Below, piece after piece: positions 1 to 9,627 of a stretch of 60,537 nt of DNA; position 1 is the stretch's first letter, and each line of letters starts with the position of its first letter. A program made the translations under genes and the position numbers. The stretch comes from Caldisericota bacterium (GTDB taxonomy: Bacteria; Caldisericota; Caldisericia; UBA6126; JAGPKI01), in the NCBI GenBank assembly GCA_052034135.1, contig JBPOJC010000013.1, forward strand, positions 1 through 60,537, read 5' to 3'. The notes under the pieces are model-generated. The model was not told where the DNA came from. It saw only the letters and a list, made by a program, of their open reading frames with translations, and did no database searches.

Positions 1-117
1 AATTGTGCTCCTATGTATAGTATTAAAGATCTCTGGATGAGCTTTTGTTAGAGCTTCCTGTAAAGTTCTGATACAAAATTCATTATCCAGTGTAATGGAT
101 GTGAAATGGATGAGAAC
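1..117 (-). pseudogene. IS3-family transposase (integrase core) fragment, runs off window start
   Basis: Minus-strand translation reads FVLIHFTSITLDNEFCIRTLQEALTKAHPEIFNTIHRSTI. This resembles the LD..FC..AL..AL....PEIFNTDQGSQF block of IS3-family OrfB. There is no start codon and the DQGSQ stretch is degenerate. It abuts the truncated end of the next transposase. Confidence 0.3.
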
Positions 118-124
118 AAATCTA

Positions 125-1540
125 CTAAACCAGTCCCCAATAGGTAGCTATTATTTCTTCTGTTTTCCATCCTTCCTGGTCAGTTATTAAGATTCTCTTA
201 CCAAAATAATTGTTTAATAGAAATTTATAATAGCTATCATTGATATTGTATGAGAGTGAAACAAATCCATCTTTACTTCTCCTTAAATTAAATTTGATTA
301 GCTCTTTCTTTTTCCCAGTCCACTCACCCTTTAAAATATTTACAATTTTTTCCTTTATTTTATCTTTTTTCTTCTTCCATTCTTTTTCAGTAAAGTTTTC
401 ATTCTTTAATTCCTCTTTTAAATTCTCAAGGTCATTCAAAGCTGTTTTAATATACTTCTCTAAACCTCTTAATTGACCTATAAAGAGTTTCTCACTTTTG
501 TATAGAATAACTGTTCTTTTCTTCCCCCATATCTCCTTTACGGTTCTTAATGAAAGAATCTCTTTTCCATTAACAGTTACTTTAGAGTAAGAGGAAAGCG
601 GAACTTCAATTAAGTCCTTATGAGGGAAAGGTGAAATAGAGGCAACATAATGAATTTTACCAGAATCAATTTTGCTGAATGCAACCTTTGAATTGTTACC
701 CTTATCAAAGACTATTGTTAAATCTTTAAGTTCTAAGTTTATTTCCTTAAACTTATTAAGAATTTCTGGCAAATATTCCTTAAATAGGGAACTATCATTT
801 ATGTTACCTTGATAAACCTTGGAGCTTAATGGAATGAAGAATTCTCTTTCTACTAATAGAGCAAGAGAAAATTGGCGAAGGTCATTTCTCTTTTGTTTAT
901 TGTGTCCCCTTTTAGTTAAAGAGGATCTTTCATTTGCAGTATCAATAAAGGTAAAGAAGTTTGTTGTATCATAGAATAAGGTATCAAGAGTAATATTGTA
1001 TTTATTGATAAGAGCAACTGTTAGATCTTTCTCAATTCCTTCTATCATACTATCTGTAACAGTATCCATCTGATCCCAGAAGTGCTGACTTGTTAACTTA
1101 TTGGGAGAAAAATTTGCAATTTCAGGTAGAGTTGTTTCCTTACTCCATGATGAGAAACTTCTCTTACTTTTTGAGACCAAAGCTCTGTAAATAGAAGCTA
1201 AAATTATAGTTTCTGAAACTTTAAGTCCATCTCTCTTTTGAGATGGGAGATATTTATCCAAGATATATGGGAGACCAACTTCATTGGAAAGTTTCCATAA
1301 TGCTAATGTTGAACCATGAGAGAAGGACTTTAATTTCTTTTTTAAAGCTTTTTCTTCAGAGTTTAAATCTTTCTCTTCATATTTATCTTTCTCTTTTAAC
1401 TTGTTAAGTTTTTCAAGTAATGTTTCTGCTTTACCAAGATAAGCTAAAACAATTGGTTTTGGTTTACCATTAATTCTTTTTGACTGTACTATATACCAAT
1501 ACTCATGCCCCTTACATTTCTTCTTCTGTAATGTAGCCAT
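125..1540 (-). CDS. IS1634/IS4-family DDE transposase, C-terminally truncated copy
   Basis: 471-aa ORF. The N-terminus GHEYWYIVQSKRINGKPKPIVLAYLGKAE is typical of IS1634-type transposases, and the central VFDKGNNS is a DDE-like block. The ORF stops at ..ATYWGLV, where family members continue (Y.GLW.VE.FR..K), so the last catalytic region appears to be missing. Confidence 0.7.
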   Translation of the reverse strand: MATLQKKKCKGHEYWYIVQSKRINGKPKPIVLAYLGKAETLLEKLNKLKEKDKYEEKDLNSEEKALKKKLKSFSHGSTLALWKLSNEVGLPYILDKYLPSQKRDGLKVSETIILASIYRALVSKSKRSFSSWSKETTLPEIANFSPNKLTSQHFWDQMDTVTDSMIEGIEKDLTVALINKYNITLDTLFYDTTNFFTFIDTANERSSLTKRGHNKQKRNDLRQFSLALLVEREFFIPLSSKVYQGNINDSSLFKEYLPEILNKFKEINLELKDLTIVFDKGNNSKVAFSKIDSGKIHYVASISPFPHKDLIEVPLSSYSKVTVNGKEILSLRTVKEIWGKKRTVILYKSEKLFIGQLRGLEKYIKTALNDLENLKEELKNENFTEKEWKKKKDKIKEKIVNILKGEWTGKKKELIKFNLRRSKDGFVSLSYNINDSYYKFLLNNYFGKRILITDQEGWKTEEIIATYWGLV

Positions 1541-1626
1541 GATGTTAGTATATACATAAATTTAAAAAAAATGTATTGCCTAAAACAAAGATTTGATGAT
1601 AATTATTAACACAAAAATATTTTAAT

Positions 1627-1848
1627 TTAAGTTGAAAGTAGGAAAGTCACGCTAGGTGTAATTCTTTGCCACTTATTTTTATAAAAACGCTTTTGATCTA
1701 ATAATTCGGAAAATATTGGTATTGGATTAATTACAGTAATATTGATACCTAAATCAGACATAGCACATGCTAATTGATCAACGAAAGTAAATGTCGTTGG
1801 ATCCTTTTTTGTTGGATAACTTTTTGTAATTATGCATATATCCTCCAT
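1627..1848 (-). pseudogene. N-terminal remnant of a GT4-type glycosyltransferase, cut by IS insertion
   Basis: The 73-aa ORF MEDICIITKSYPTKKDPTTFTFVDQLACAMSDLGINITVINPIP looks like the start of a GT-B/GT4 enzyme. It then degenerates and ends next to the transposase at 125..1540. It lies downstream of, and on the same strand as, the glycan genes at 3610..8815. Confidence 0.45.
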
Positions 1849-1915
1849 TCCCGATATGTCTAACGATGATGTTTGTCAAAAATAATGCAATAGACAATAA
1901 ATACTAACTTTTTTA

Positions 1916-1944
1916 TTGACATATACCTCGTTATACATTATAAT
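1916..1944 (+). promoter_or_regulatory. consensus sigma70-type promoter for the transposase
   Basis: TTGACA (1916-1921), a 17-nt spacer, then TATAAT (1939-1944). A GAGGTGA Shine-Dalgarno and the ATG at 1963 follow. Confidence 0.55.
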
Positions 1945-1955
1945 GTATAACGAGG
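1926..1955. repeat. perfect 30-bp palindrome overlapping the -10 box and Shine-Dalgarno
   Basis: cctcgttataca-ttataa-tgtataacgagg. The arms at 1926-1937 and 1944-1955 are exact reverse complements. Confidence 0.9.
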
Positions 1956-1962
1956 TGATGAG

Positions 1963-3570
1963 ATGTCCATAGTATATCAAAGCAATAAAAAAACTGGTAT
2001 TACATATGTCTATGAAAATCAGGCTTATTGGGATAAGAAGAAAAAACAGTCCAGATCCAGAAGAAAACTTGTCGGAAAACTGGATCCTGAAACAGGAGAA
2101 GTTATACCTACAAGGATATATATTAAACATACAGAAATAGTAAATCCAAATATACTAAAATCTGGACCAGTACCGATAACAAAAACAAAAAGAAGCTTCT
2201 ATGGTGCAAGCTACCTGTTTGATCAAATAGATAAACTTACAGGTGTTTCCGCTGATTTGAAAGATTGTTTCCCAGATAGCTATAAAAAGATACTGTCTAT
2301 TGTGTACTTTCTCATTTTAGAAGAAAACAACTCTCTTAGTCGTTTCTCTCACTGGCAAAAACTACATATCCATCCTTATGGGGAAGACATCCCATCACAG
2401 AGAAGCAGCGAACTGTTCCAATCCATCGAAGAAGAGGAGAGAATGGCTTTCTTTAAGAAACAAGGTAAGAGACGAATAGAGAATGAATACTGGGCGTTTG
2501 ACATAACAACAATCTCAAGTTATTCCGATGTACTGAAACAGGTCAAGAAGGGCAAGAACAAGGAGAATGACAGGTTGCCTCAATTGAATCTGGCGCTTCT
2601 CTTCGGTGAAGAATCAGGACTTCCATTTTATTACCGCAAACTACCGGGAAACATAACTGATGTCAAAACAGTAAGACAGCTGGTACAGGAGTTTGATCTC
2701 CTTGGTTATAAAAAGGTTAGTGTGATACTTGACAGAGGATTCTATAGCAAGAGTAATATCGATGGATTATTTAAACATCACCAGAAATTTATCATCGGTG
2801 TCAAATTAGGACTTACATATGTGAAGAAAATCCTTAATGAAGAAAAGGAAAACCTGAAGCGTTGGTCCAATCTGCAGACTCAGTTTGGAACCTATGGTCT
2901 TTGCAGGACTATCGAATGGGAATACGAACAGGAACGACCCTATAAGGGTGATATCAAGAAAGATAGGAGAAGAGCTTACCTGCTACTCTATTATAATCCT
3001 GAGAAAGCAGCCAAAGATCAGGTAGAGAGAAATGATTATCTGACAGTTCTGTATAAAGAACTAAAAGAAGGAAATATACACGATTATCATATCAAGGATT
3101 ATGACCGTTATTTTGAAGTACAGGAGACACCGAAAAAAGGTATAAAGATCAAACCAAGAGAAGAAGTGATATCAGAAGAGGCAAGTTATGACGGATATTT
3201 TGCACTGCTTTCGAATGAAGTCAAGGATCCTTTCGTTGCTTTATCCCTTTATAGAAGTAAAGATATTGTTGAGAAAGCTTTCGGAAACCTTAAGGAGAGA
3301 TTAAACTTTCGTAGATTGCAGGTTTCTTCTGAACTGTCTCTAAATGGAAAGCTATTTGTTGAATTCATTGCGCTTATTTATCTATCCTATGTAAAAAAGA
3401 AGATGCAAGAAGCGAAGCTTTTTGAAACATGGACACTTCAAAATCTTTTAGATGAATTAGATACCATTGAACTACTGGAAATACCCGGGTATGGACGTAT
3501 CTTAGGAGAGATCACTGAGAAACAGAAGGAGATTTATCAGTCATTAGGAATAAATCCACCCTCGTTATAA
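1963..3570 (+). CDS. IS1634/IS4-family DDE transposase (apparently intact)
   Basis: 535-aa ORF. N-terminus TGITYVYENQAYWDKKKKQSRSRRKLVGKLDPETGEVIP, block ILDRGFYSKSN, and C-terminal YRSKDIVEKAFGNLKERLNFRRL are all typical of this transposase family. Confidence 0.8.
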   Translation: MSIVYQSNKKTGITYVYENQAYWDKKKKQSRSRRKLVGKLDPETGEVIPTRIYIKHTEIVNPNILKSGPVPITKTKRSFYGASYLFDQIDKLTGVSADLKDCFPDSYKKILSIVYFLILEENNSLSRFSHWQKLHIHPYGEDIPSQRSSELFQSIEEEERMAFFKKQGKRRIENEYWAFDITTISSYSDVLKQVKKGKNKENDRLPQLNLALLFGEESGLPFYYRKLPGNITDVKTVRQLVQEFDLLGYKKVSVILDRGFYSKSNIDGLFKHHQKFIIGVKLGLTYVKKILNEEKENLKRWSNLQTQFGTYGLCRTIEWEYEQERPYKGDIKKDRRRAYLLLYYNPEKAAKDQVERNDYLTVLYKELKEGNIHDYHIKDYDRYFEVQETPKKGIKIKPREEVISEEASYDGYFALLSNEVKDPFVALSLYRSKDIVEKAFGNLKERLNFRRLQVSSELSLNGKLFVEFIALIYLSYVKKKMQEAKLFETWTLQNLLDELDTIELLEIPGYGRILGEITEKQKEIYQSLGINPPSL

Positions 3571-3609
3571 ATTACGGGAATTTAGGATATATCTTTAAGA
3601 CTTGATAAT

Positions 3610-4428
3610 TTATTTTGCAGAGTCTTTCTCCTTATCTAAAAGATTTATCGCATTCTTGTAAGATATTATTTCATATTTTGGGTTTATTACTTCCTTTATT
3701 AGCCATTCATACCAGTCCTTGTATACCTTATAAGCGTTGCAATAATGTGCATCATGAAAAAGCACTACTAGAAAATTTAAGCTTTCCTTCTCAGCTTTAG
3801 ATATAATTTCTATAGTTTCTTCTTTTGCTTTTGATAAATTATATGGTAAGTAAGTATCCATAATACAAAGTGGAAACTCCCACATATTTTCTATTTTGTA
3901 TGGATTTTTTATTAGATATCCCTTTTTTTTATCAAATTCACTAGTATCGAATAAATATCCAACTTTTGAAAGTTTTGTAAAAGTATATTTATCAAAACGA
4001 ACGTAATGCATTCGTACACCAAAATTGTCTTGTTTTGTTATATCTTTAAATTTTTTATATTCATTTTTCATATTATCTAAACTTTTAAAATCACATCCAT
4101 GTACTCCTGTCTCAAAACCATTCCTTTCGAGCATTTTAATGTATGGCACCGCAAATTTGGTATCATAGGACATACCTAAACATTTGTCCATACCAAAAAA
4201 ATAAGTAGCTCTAACATTATTTTCTTTATCAAATTGCATCAGCTCTTTGATATAATTCATCTTTTTGATAAAAGGTGTCTTAACTCTTAATAGCCATTCT
4301 TTTACAGTAACCCTACCCGAAAGCAATTCTAAATTACTACGAAGCAATAATTTAGGAATTATTAAATCTTTGAAAAAATGCTCTCTTGGATATAAATGAT
4401 CAACATCATGTGAAATAATGAATTTCAC
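3610..4428 (-). CDS. putative polysaccharide deacetylase-like protein (CE4-like)
   Basis: 272 aa. N-terminal ISHDVDH and later TYFF, GVHG, VRMHY blocks resemble divergent NodB/CE4-type deacetylases. Sits in a glycan locus. Confidence 0.45.
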   Translation of the reverse strand: MKFIISHDVDHLYPREHFFKDLIIPKLLLRSNLELLSGRVTVKEWLLRVKTPFIKKMNYIKELMQFDKENNVRATYFFGMDKCLGMSYDTKFAVPYIKMLERNGFETGVHGCDFKSLDNMKNEYKKFKDITKQDNFGVRMHYVRFDKYTFTKLSKVGYLFDTSEFDKKKGYLIKNPYKIENMWEFPLCIMDTYLPYNLSKAKEETIEIISKAEKESLNFLVVLFHDAHYCNAYKVYKDWYEWLIKEVINPKYEIISYKNAINLLDKEKDSAK

Positions 4429-4623
4429 TACTATAACCTATTTTAAGAATAAAGAACTTTGACATTAAAAATTATCATCTTTGCCTCTTCTGCTTATATC
4501 TTCTTAATTTCTTAAATTTACCTATTTCTATATAGTATAAATAAAATTTTTGTAAAGTTTAAGTTTATTAAATTAAAATTGAATAATTAAAGATTTTTAT
4601 TCTGCTGTTCAATTCGAAAAATA

Positions 4624-5742
4624 TCAATCAAAAATATATTTTCTCCTGACTTTATTGCTTAGCATACAAAGAACTTCATAATTAATAGTTCCAAGAATAT
4701 TTGCAATTTCATTTATACTTTTATAACTGTTAAAACTGTTACCAAATATTGTTACTTCATCTCCCGGCAATGCATCTATCTCTGATACATCTATCATACA
4801 AGAATCCATACATATATTTCCAACAACCGAAGCTTTTTTACCTTTTACTAAAACATAGTCACGATTGGATAATAATCTTGAATATCCCTCTGCATAGCCA
4901 ATATCAATAGTTGCTATTTTCTTGTCTTCTAATAACAAATAACTCCTTTCATAGCTTACAAAATCGCCAGCTCTTAATTGTTTGATTTGAATTATTGTGC
5001 TTTTTAGTTCCATAGCTGGTTTGAATCGTAGATTTGTACCAATATAATGAAAACCATATAACAATATACCTGGTCGAATCATATCCAAATGCATGTTTGG
5101 ATATTGTAAAATAGCTGCACTATTGCAACAATGACGCAACCCTATATCATAACCTTTTGATACAAGATAGTCCGTTATTATTTTAAATATATTAAATTGC
5201 AATTCTGTAAAATTACTATGTAGCTTATCTGATTCAGCAAAATGAGTAAAAAAACCAGTAACCTTTAAGTTTGGCAACATAAAAACTCTTTTTATTTGAT
5301 TAATACATTTTTCAATATCATTAGTATCATGACAATAAAAGCCAGTACGAGACATACCAGTATCTACCTCAATATGAATTTTTGTTTGGTTATTTAATTT
5401 GTTTATTTTTTCTGCATATTGATATGAAAAAACCGCTTGAGTAAGATTATATTGATTCAATAAATAAATCTGATCGAGTTTAGTATACCCCAAAATGAGA
5501 ATTTCACCTTTAATACCTGCTCTTCTTAGTTCAATTGCTTCTTCTAAACATGCAACTGCAAAATATTGAATATCATTTTTTTGCTGTAACTCTTTTGAAA
5601 CTTCTACAGATCCATGTCCATAAGCATTTGCTTTAACAACAGCCATTATCTTACACTTATTACTTATAATATTACGAATTAAATTACAATTCTCTGAAAT
5701 TTGTTTTAAATTAACAATTATATATGTTCCTTCAGTTGACAT
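4624..5742 (-). CDS. alr: alanine racemase
   Basis: 372 aa with the PLP-lysine motif AVVKANAYGHG near the N-terminus. Length and C-terminal beta-domain are typical of Alr. Confidence 0.9.
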   Translation of the reverse strand: MSTEGTYIIVNLKQISENCNLIRNIISNKCKIMAVVKANAYGHGSVEVSKELQQKNDIQYFAVACLEEAIELRRAGIKGEILILGYTKLDQIYLLNQYNLTQAVFSYQYAEKINKLNNQTKIHIEVDTGMSRTGFYCHDTNDIEKCINQIKRVFMLPNLKVTGFFTHFAESDKLHSNFTELQFNIFKIITDYLVSKGYDIGLRHCCNSAAILQYPNMHLDMIRPGILLYGFHYIGTNLRFKPAMELKSTIIQIKQLRAGDFVSYERSYLLLEDKKIATIDIGYAEGYSRLLSNRDYVLVKGKKASVVGNICMDSCMIDVSEIDALPGDEVTIFGNSFNSYKSINEIANILGTINYEVLCMLSNKVRRKYIFD

Positions 5743-5865
5743 AATTTATGGCTACCTCTACATATTACAAAAAACTACAATCTAAAAACACAAGTTCACC
5801 TCTAAATAATCGATTATTAAATCTAAATATGATATTCATTTCATACACACCATAAAAATTAAAAA

Positions 5866-7491
5866 CTATTGATGTTTATGATTATTTAAATCTAAATATT
5901 CTGATAACATATAGATTTGTACGATTCTTCCAAGTAATGGGTAAGATAAATTAGAAATATTTGCTTCTTCGGCAATAAACTCTTGTTGTTTACAATAATC
6001 TAATGCACGATTTGTTAATTCGAGCTTGCGAACATCATCTTCAGTAGACCACTTGATAACATTTCCCGTGAATAAAGATTTATTGAATAGCTTTCTCCCA
6101 AAAAGTCGGAACATTTTCTTTCCATAATCAATAAACTGAAAAAGAATATCCCGTATGATTAAAGGAATTTCGTTAGAGGCTGTAGTTCCATAGCATGTAG
6201 GTATCTTTGCTATAGCTGGATTTGCTTTAGTAGTTATATCGCGCATTGAATTGTAAAAAAAGCGTTTGTACCTTGGAAGATTATATGAGTATCGGACCAA
6301 TTCAAGCTCCCAAAGGGGGGAATAAGATGGAATTTTTGATGAAAAAGTATTAATATGAATAACCATTTTTGAACCATTTAGATAATAATAAAAATTATCA
6401 TAACTTTGCGTATTAGTTGCACCTACAAACTTGTTAATACCTTTTAACATTCTTTTTTTAAGCAAATTATTTGCATTTATCAACTTCTTTCCACAAAAAT
6501 AATTTTCTTTAATATATTGTATTCTTTGATCATAAAATTTCATAACATTAGTGTCTTTTTTATTATAAAATGGTAAGTCCTGTTGCCACCACCAATCTTT
6601 ATGCATCGGTCCACCATCACCAGAAAGATAGCAATTGTAGCCATTATTCGCTCTATTAATTATAAAATTAATAATATTCATATCTCCATCAGTTAGAAAC
6701 GGGATAATTCCCTGCGAGAAATCAAATAAAGAATAGATATAATCTTCCGTTATGTTAGGTTTTGTTGTTTTAATTACTTCTTGTTTATTGCCAGCAGCTT
6801 TAGCAACTCTTTTAGATACAATTATATCTTGATCTTTTTCATTATCTCCACTTATAAAAGTATCAACAGGAATGTAGTTGTTAAGGCAAGCAAAAACCAT
6901 TCTACTATCATATCCACCTGTCAAAGACAATGTTACTTTTAATTCTGATAATGCGTAAGCCATTTCTTTGAAGAACTCATTTACATCAGAAATTGAACTT
7001 TTTTTATCGATACCACCAATTCCTTTTTCAATAATATGAATAATACCCTGATCATAAATATATACTTTATCATTGTCAGTTAGTTTTATGCCTTTTAGAA
7101 GTGTTTTTCTAAAATAAACTGCTCCAAGAGAAAAAAATTCACAAAGTGAATCAATGTCAAATGAATTTACTTTATTCGTTTTTGCTACTTCAAGAAAGTT
7201 AGAGCCAATCGCTTTATCTCCAATAAAAAAACAATGCATGTTGCTATTATCTGTAAATAAAATTAACTTTCCATCTGAATATTCAATAATGCATGAAAAT
7301 GCTCCAAATAACTCTATGAAAGGTATTTTCCCACTATCAATATATTTTTTAATAAAATGTGTAACGCTTTCCTTGCCTGCTTTTTTACCACGCATCCAAA
7401 GAATGCCACGATAATACACATTTAGATTGCCGAATTCAATTTTTTCAAAACCATCATAATTAATTATGCCTTTATTATATGACAATAACAA
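5866..7491 (-). CDS. asparagine synthetase B-like ATP-dependent amidoligase lacking the N-terminal catalytic Cys
   Basis: 541 aa. PP-loop-like SLTGGYDSRMV (SGGxDS type) lies in the middle. The N-terminus is MLLSYNK rather than MCG, so the glutaminase nucleophile is absent. Confidence 0.65.
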   Translation of the reverse strand: MLLSYNKGIINYDGFEKIEFGNLNVYYRGILWMRGKKAGKESVTHFIKKYIDSGKIPFIELFGAFSCIIEYSDGKLILFTDNSNMHCFFIGDKAIGSNFLEVAKTNKVNSFDIDSLCEFFSLGAVYFRKTLLKGIKLTDNDKVYIYDQGIIHIIEKGIGGIDKKSSISDVNEFFKEMAYALSELKVTLSLTGGYDSRMVFACLNNYIPVDTFISGDNEKDQDIIVSKRVAKAAGNKQEVIKTTKPNITEDYIYSLFDFSQGIIPFLTDGDMNIINFIINRANNGYNCYLSGDGGPMHKDWWWQQDLPFYNKKDTNVMKFYDQRIQYIKENYFCGKKLINANNLLKKRMLKGINKFVGATNTQSYDNFYYYLNGSKMVIHINTFSSKIPSYSPLWELELVRYSYNLPRYKRFFYNSMRDITTKANPAIAKIPTCYGTTASNEIPLIIRDILFQFIDYGKKMFRLFGRKLFNKSLFTGNVIKWSTEDDVRKLELTNRALDYCKQQEFIAEEANISNLSYPLLGRIVQIYMLSEYLDLNNHKHQ

Positions 7492-7549
7492 TTTCTTCCT
7501 CCTTTATTATCCTTCAATCTATACACTTTAATTAATTATATGAATAAAC

Positions 7550-8815
7550 CTAACTTTTTATTAATATTAATTTTAAAAAATAATTAATCATTTCTGCATA
7601 AACTTTATCGGCATTAAAATGGTCATTGTAAGCTCTAAGTGCACCATCGGAAGCTTGCTTTAGCTTTTGAGGATTGGAATAAAGGTCAAGAATGATATTT
7701 GCGAATTCACCTGAATTATTTTCATTGTAATGAAAAACACAATTATAAGGTTTAAGGAAATCATTTATGTATCCATCTAAACAGGTGAGTATTGGTAAAC
7801 CTCCTGAGAGATATTCTGCACCCTTATTGGGTATTGTATTTTTAAAATCAAATCTATTTCTGTAAGGAATTATCCCAACTGAACCAATTTCTAATAGTGC
7901 ATAAATTTTATTTGCATCTACCCAGCCTGGGAAAATTACATTTTTACACTTCCATGCAATACTTTTATAATATTCTAAATTTTCTCCTGCTCCACAGAGA
8001 ACAAATTTAATTTTATTAGTTTTGTCCCCAATTTCCTTTGCTGCTTTGATAACTGTATCAAGATCAATAACAGTTTTAGAGCCAATTGAACCAAAGAAAC
8101 ATACAATAAAATCTCCATTGTTTTTGCTAATTCCATAATTTTTCCAAAAAGAATAGGATTCAGCTAATTCTTCTTGTGTGGGATTTAATTTTTTATATGC
8201 GAGATGAAAAACTCTATCAAGTTCTTTATTCTTTCTATTTGAAATGTTTTGATACCAGTTTAAGCAAAATGGCAACATTGATATAACTGCTGTGGCATTT
8301 TTAAAAATATAATTCACATAGAAGTAGAGGGGAGATATTAAAAATTTAGCAATTGGTCTAATAGGTTTTAACACTACTTCTACAAATGCTTCAGGCCACA
8401 TATCACGAACATCCACTACAACAGGTATATTATGCCTTTTAGCATATTTTACAGCTTCATAGGAATGAAAAATATCAGGGTAAGAAGTTAAAATCAAATC
8501 TGGCTTTTGCTCCTTTTTCGTCAATTTAGCAAATTTTTTCGCAAATTGAAAATGGTTAATAACACGCATAAAGCTATAATTCTTATAATAAGGTATTGTC
8601 TTAATAAAGTAAATTACATAATTCTTTTTTAACTTAATTTTTGTATCTTTATTAAAGTTTTGTTTTTTATATTGATGGGAATAGGTGGATTTCCATAAAA
8701 AAACTTCATGACCATTATGTTGAAGTGTATCAGCTATAGTATGAGTTCTGCCTAATCTTATATTTTTATTAATTATAGGACTTTCTTCGTGAATTTTTAT
8801 TAGCCATATTCTCAT
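7550..8815 (-). CDS. glycosyltransferase, GT4/GT-B type
   Basis: 421 aa with a two-Rossmann layout. C-terminal PNKGAEYLSGGLPIL resembles the GT4 E-x7-E region. Glycan locus context. Confidence 0.65.
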   Translation of the reverse strand: MRIWLIKIHEESPIINKNIRLGRTHTIADTLQHNGHEVFLWKSTYSHQYKKQNFNKDTKIKLKKNYVIYFIKTIPYYKNYSFMRVINHFQFAKKFAKLTKKEQKPDLILTSYPDIFHSYEAVKYAKRHNIPVVVDVRDMWPEAFVEVVLKPIRPIAKFLISPLYFYVNYIFKNATAVISMLPFCLNWYQNISNRKNKELDRVFHLAYKKLNPTQEELAESYSFWKNYGISKNNGDFIVCFFGSIGSKTVIDLDTVIKAAKEIGDKTNKIKFVLCGAGENLEYYKSIAWKCKNVIFPGWVDANKIYALLEIGSVGIIPYRNRFDFKNTIPNKGAEYLSGGLPILTCLDGYINDFLKPYNCVFHYNENNSGEFANIILDLYSNPQKLKQASDGALRAYNDHFNADKVYAEMINYFLKLILIKS

Positions 8816-9005
8816 CTTATCTTCTTCATAAAAAATATTTTTATATCATTTATTAAATAATTAATAATAAAATTGCAAATTTTCAAATATTGTCAATATG
8901 TATTTCTTGTTTCATTTGTATCAATAAATTTTATTGGCTACTAAAATAAAGTTTAAAGTTTGTTATAATAAAAAATCAAATTGTGTAAAATTATTGGCTA
9001 AATAA

Positions 9006-9617
9006 TTGAAGAATATGAAAAGTCAAAGACTCAAACGTATTATGGATATAGCAGGAGCTTTTGTTGGTTTAATTCTGATAGCTCCATTTATGTTTATAAT
9101 AAGTTTGTTAATATATTTTTCTATGGGAAGACCTATATTTTTTAGACAGGTCCGACCAGGACTAAATGGTAAACCATTTGTTATTTATAAATTTAGAACT
9201 ATGCATGATTTAAGAGATATAGATGAAAATCTTCTGCCAGATGAGAAGAGATTAACTACTATTGGAAAACTTTTAAGAAAATTTAGTATTGATGAATTGC
9301 CAGAACTTTTTAATGTATTAAAAGGAGATATGAGCTTAGTAGGACCTAGACCATTACTTACAGAGTATCTCGATCGCTATAATATTGAACAGGCAAGGAG
9401 GCATGAAGTTAAACCAGGAATGACTGGCTGGGCTCAAGTAAATGGTAGAAATGCAATTTCCTGGGAAGAGAAGTTTAAATATGATGTCTGGTATGTAGAT
9501 AATTGGAGCATATTATTGGATTTTAAAATTTTGCTCTTAACAATTGTAAAAGTTTTAAAATTTGAAGGAATTAATGCAAGAGGTCATGCAACAATGCCAG
9601 AATTTAAAGGAGAGTAA
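9006..9617 (+). CDS. undecaprenyl-phosphate sugar phosphotransferase (PglC/WbaP C-terminal type)
   Basis: 203 aa with one N-terminal re-entrant helix. Motifs YKFRTM and DELPELFNVLKGDMSLVGPRP are present. The start could be the ATG at 9015 instead of the TTG at 9006. Confidence 0.9.
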   Translation: MKNMKSQRLKRIMDIAGAFVGLILIAPFMFIISLLIYFSMGRPIFFRQVRPGLNGKPFVIYKFRTMHDLRDIDENLLPDEKRLTTIGKLLRKFSIDELPELFNVLKGDMSLVGPRPLLTEYLDRYNIEQARRHEVKPGMTGWAQVNGRNAISWEEKFKYDVWYVDNWSILLDFKILLLTIVKVLKFEGINARGHATMPEFKGE

Positions 9618-9627
9618 ATTATATCAG

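Larger units (their letters stand above)
1900..3590 (+). mobile_element. IS element (IS1634/IS4 family), approximate extent
   Basis: Single transposase ORF 1963..3570. The 10-mer cctcgttata occurs at 1926, inverted at 1946-1955, and again across the stop codon at 3560-3569. True termini cannot be fixed from one copy. Confidence 0.45.
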
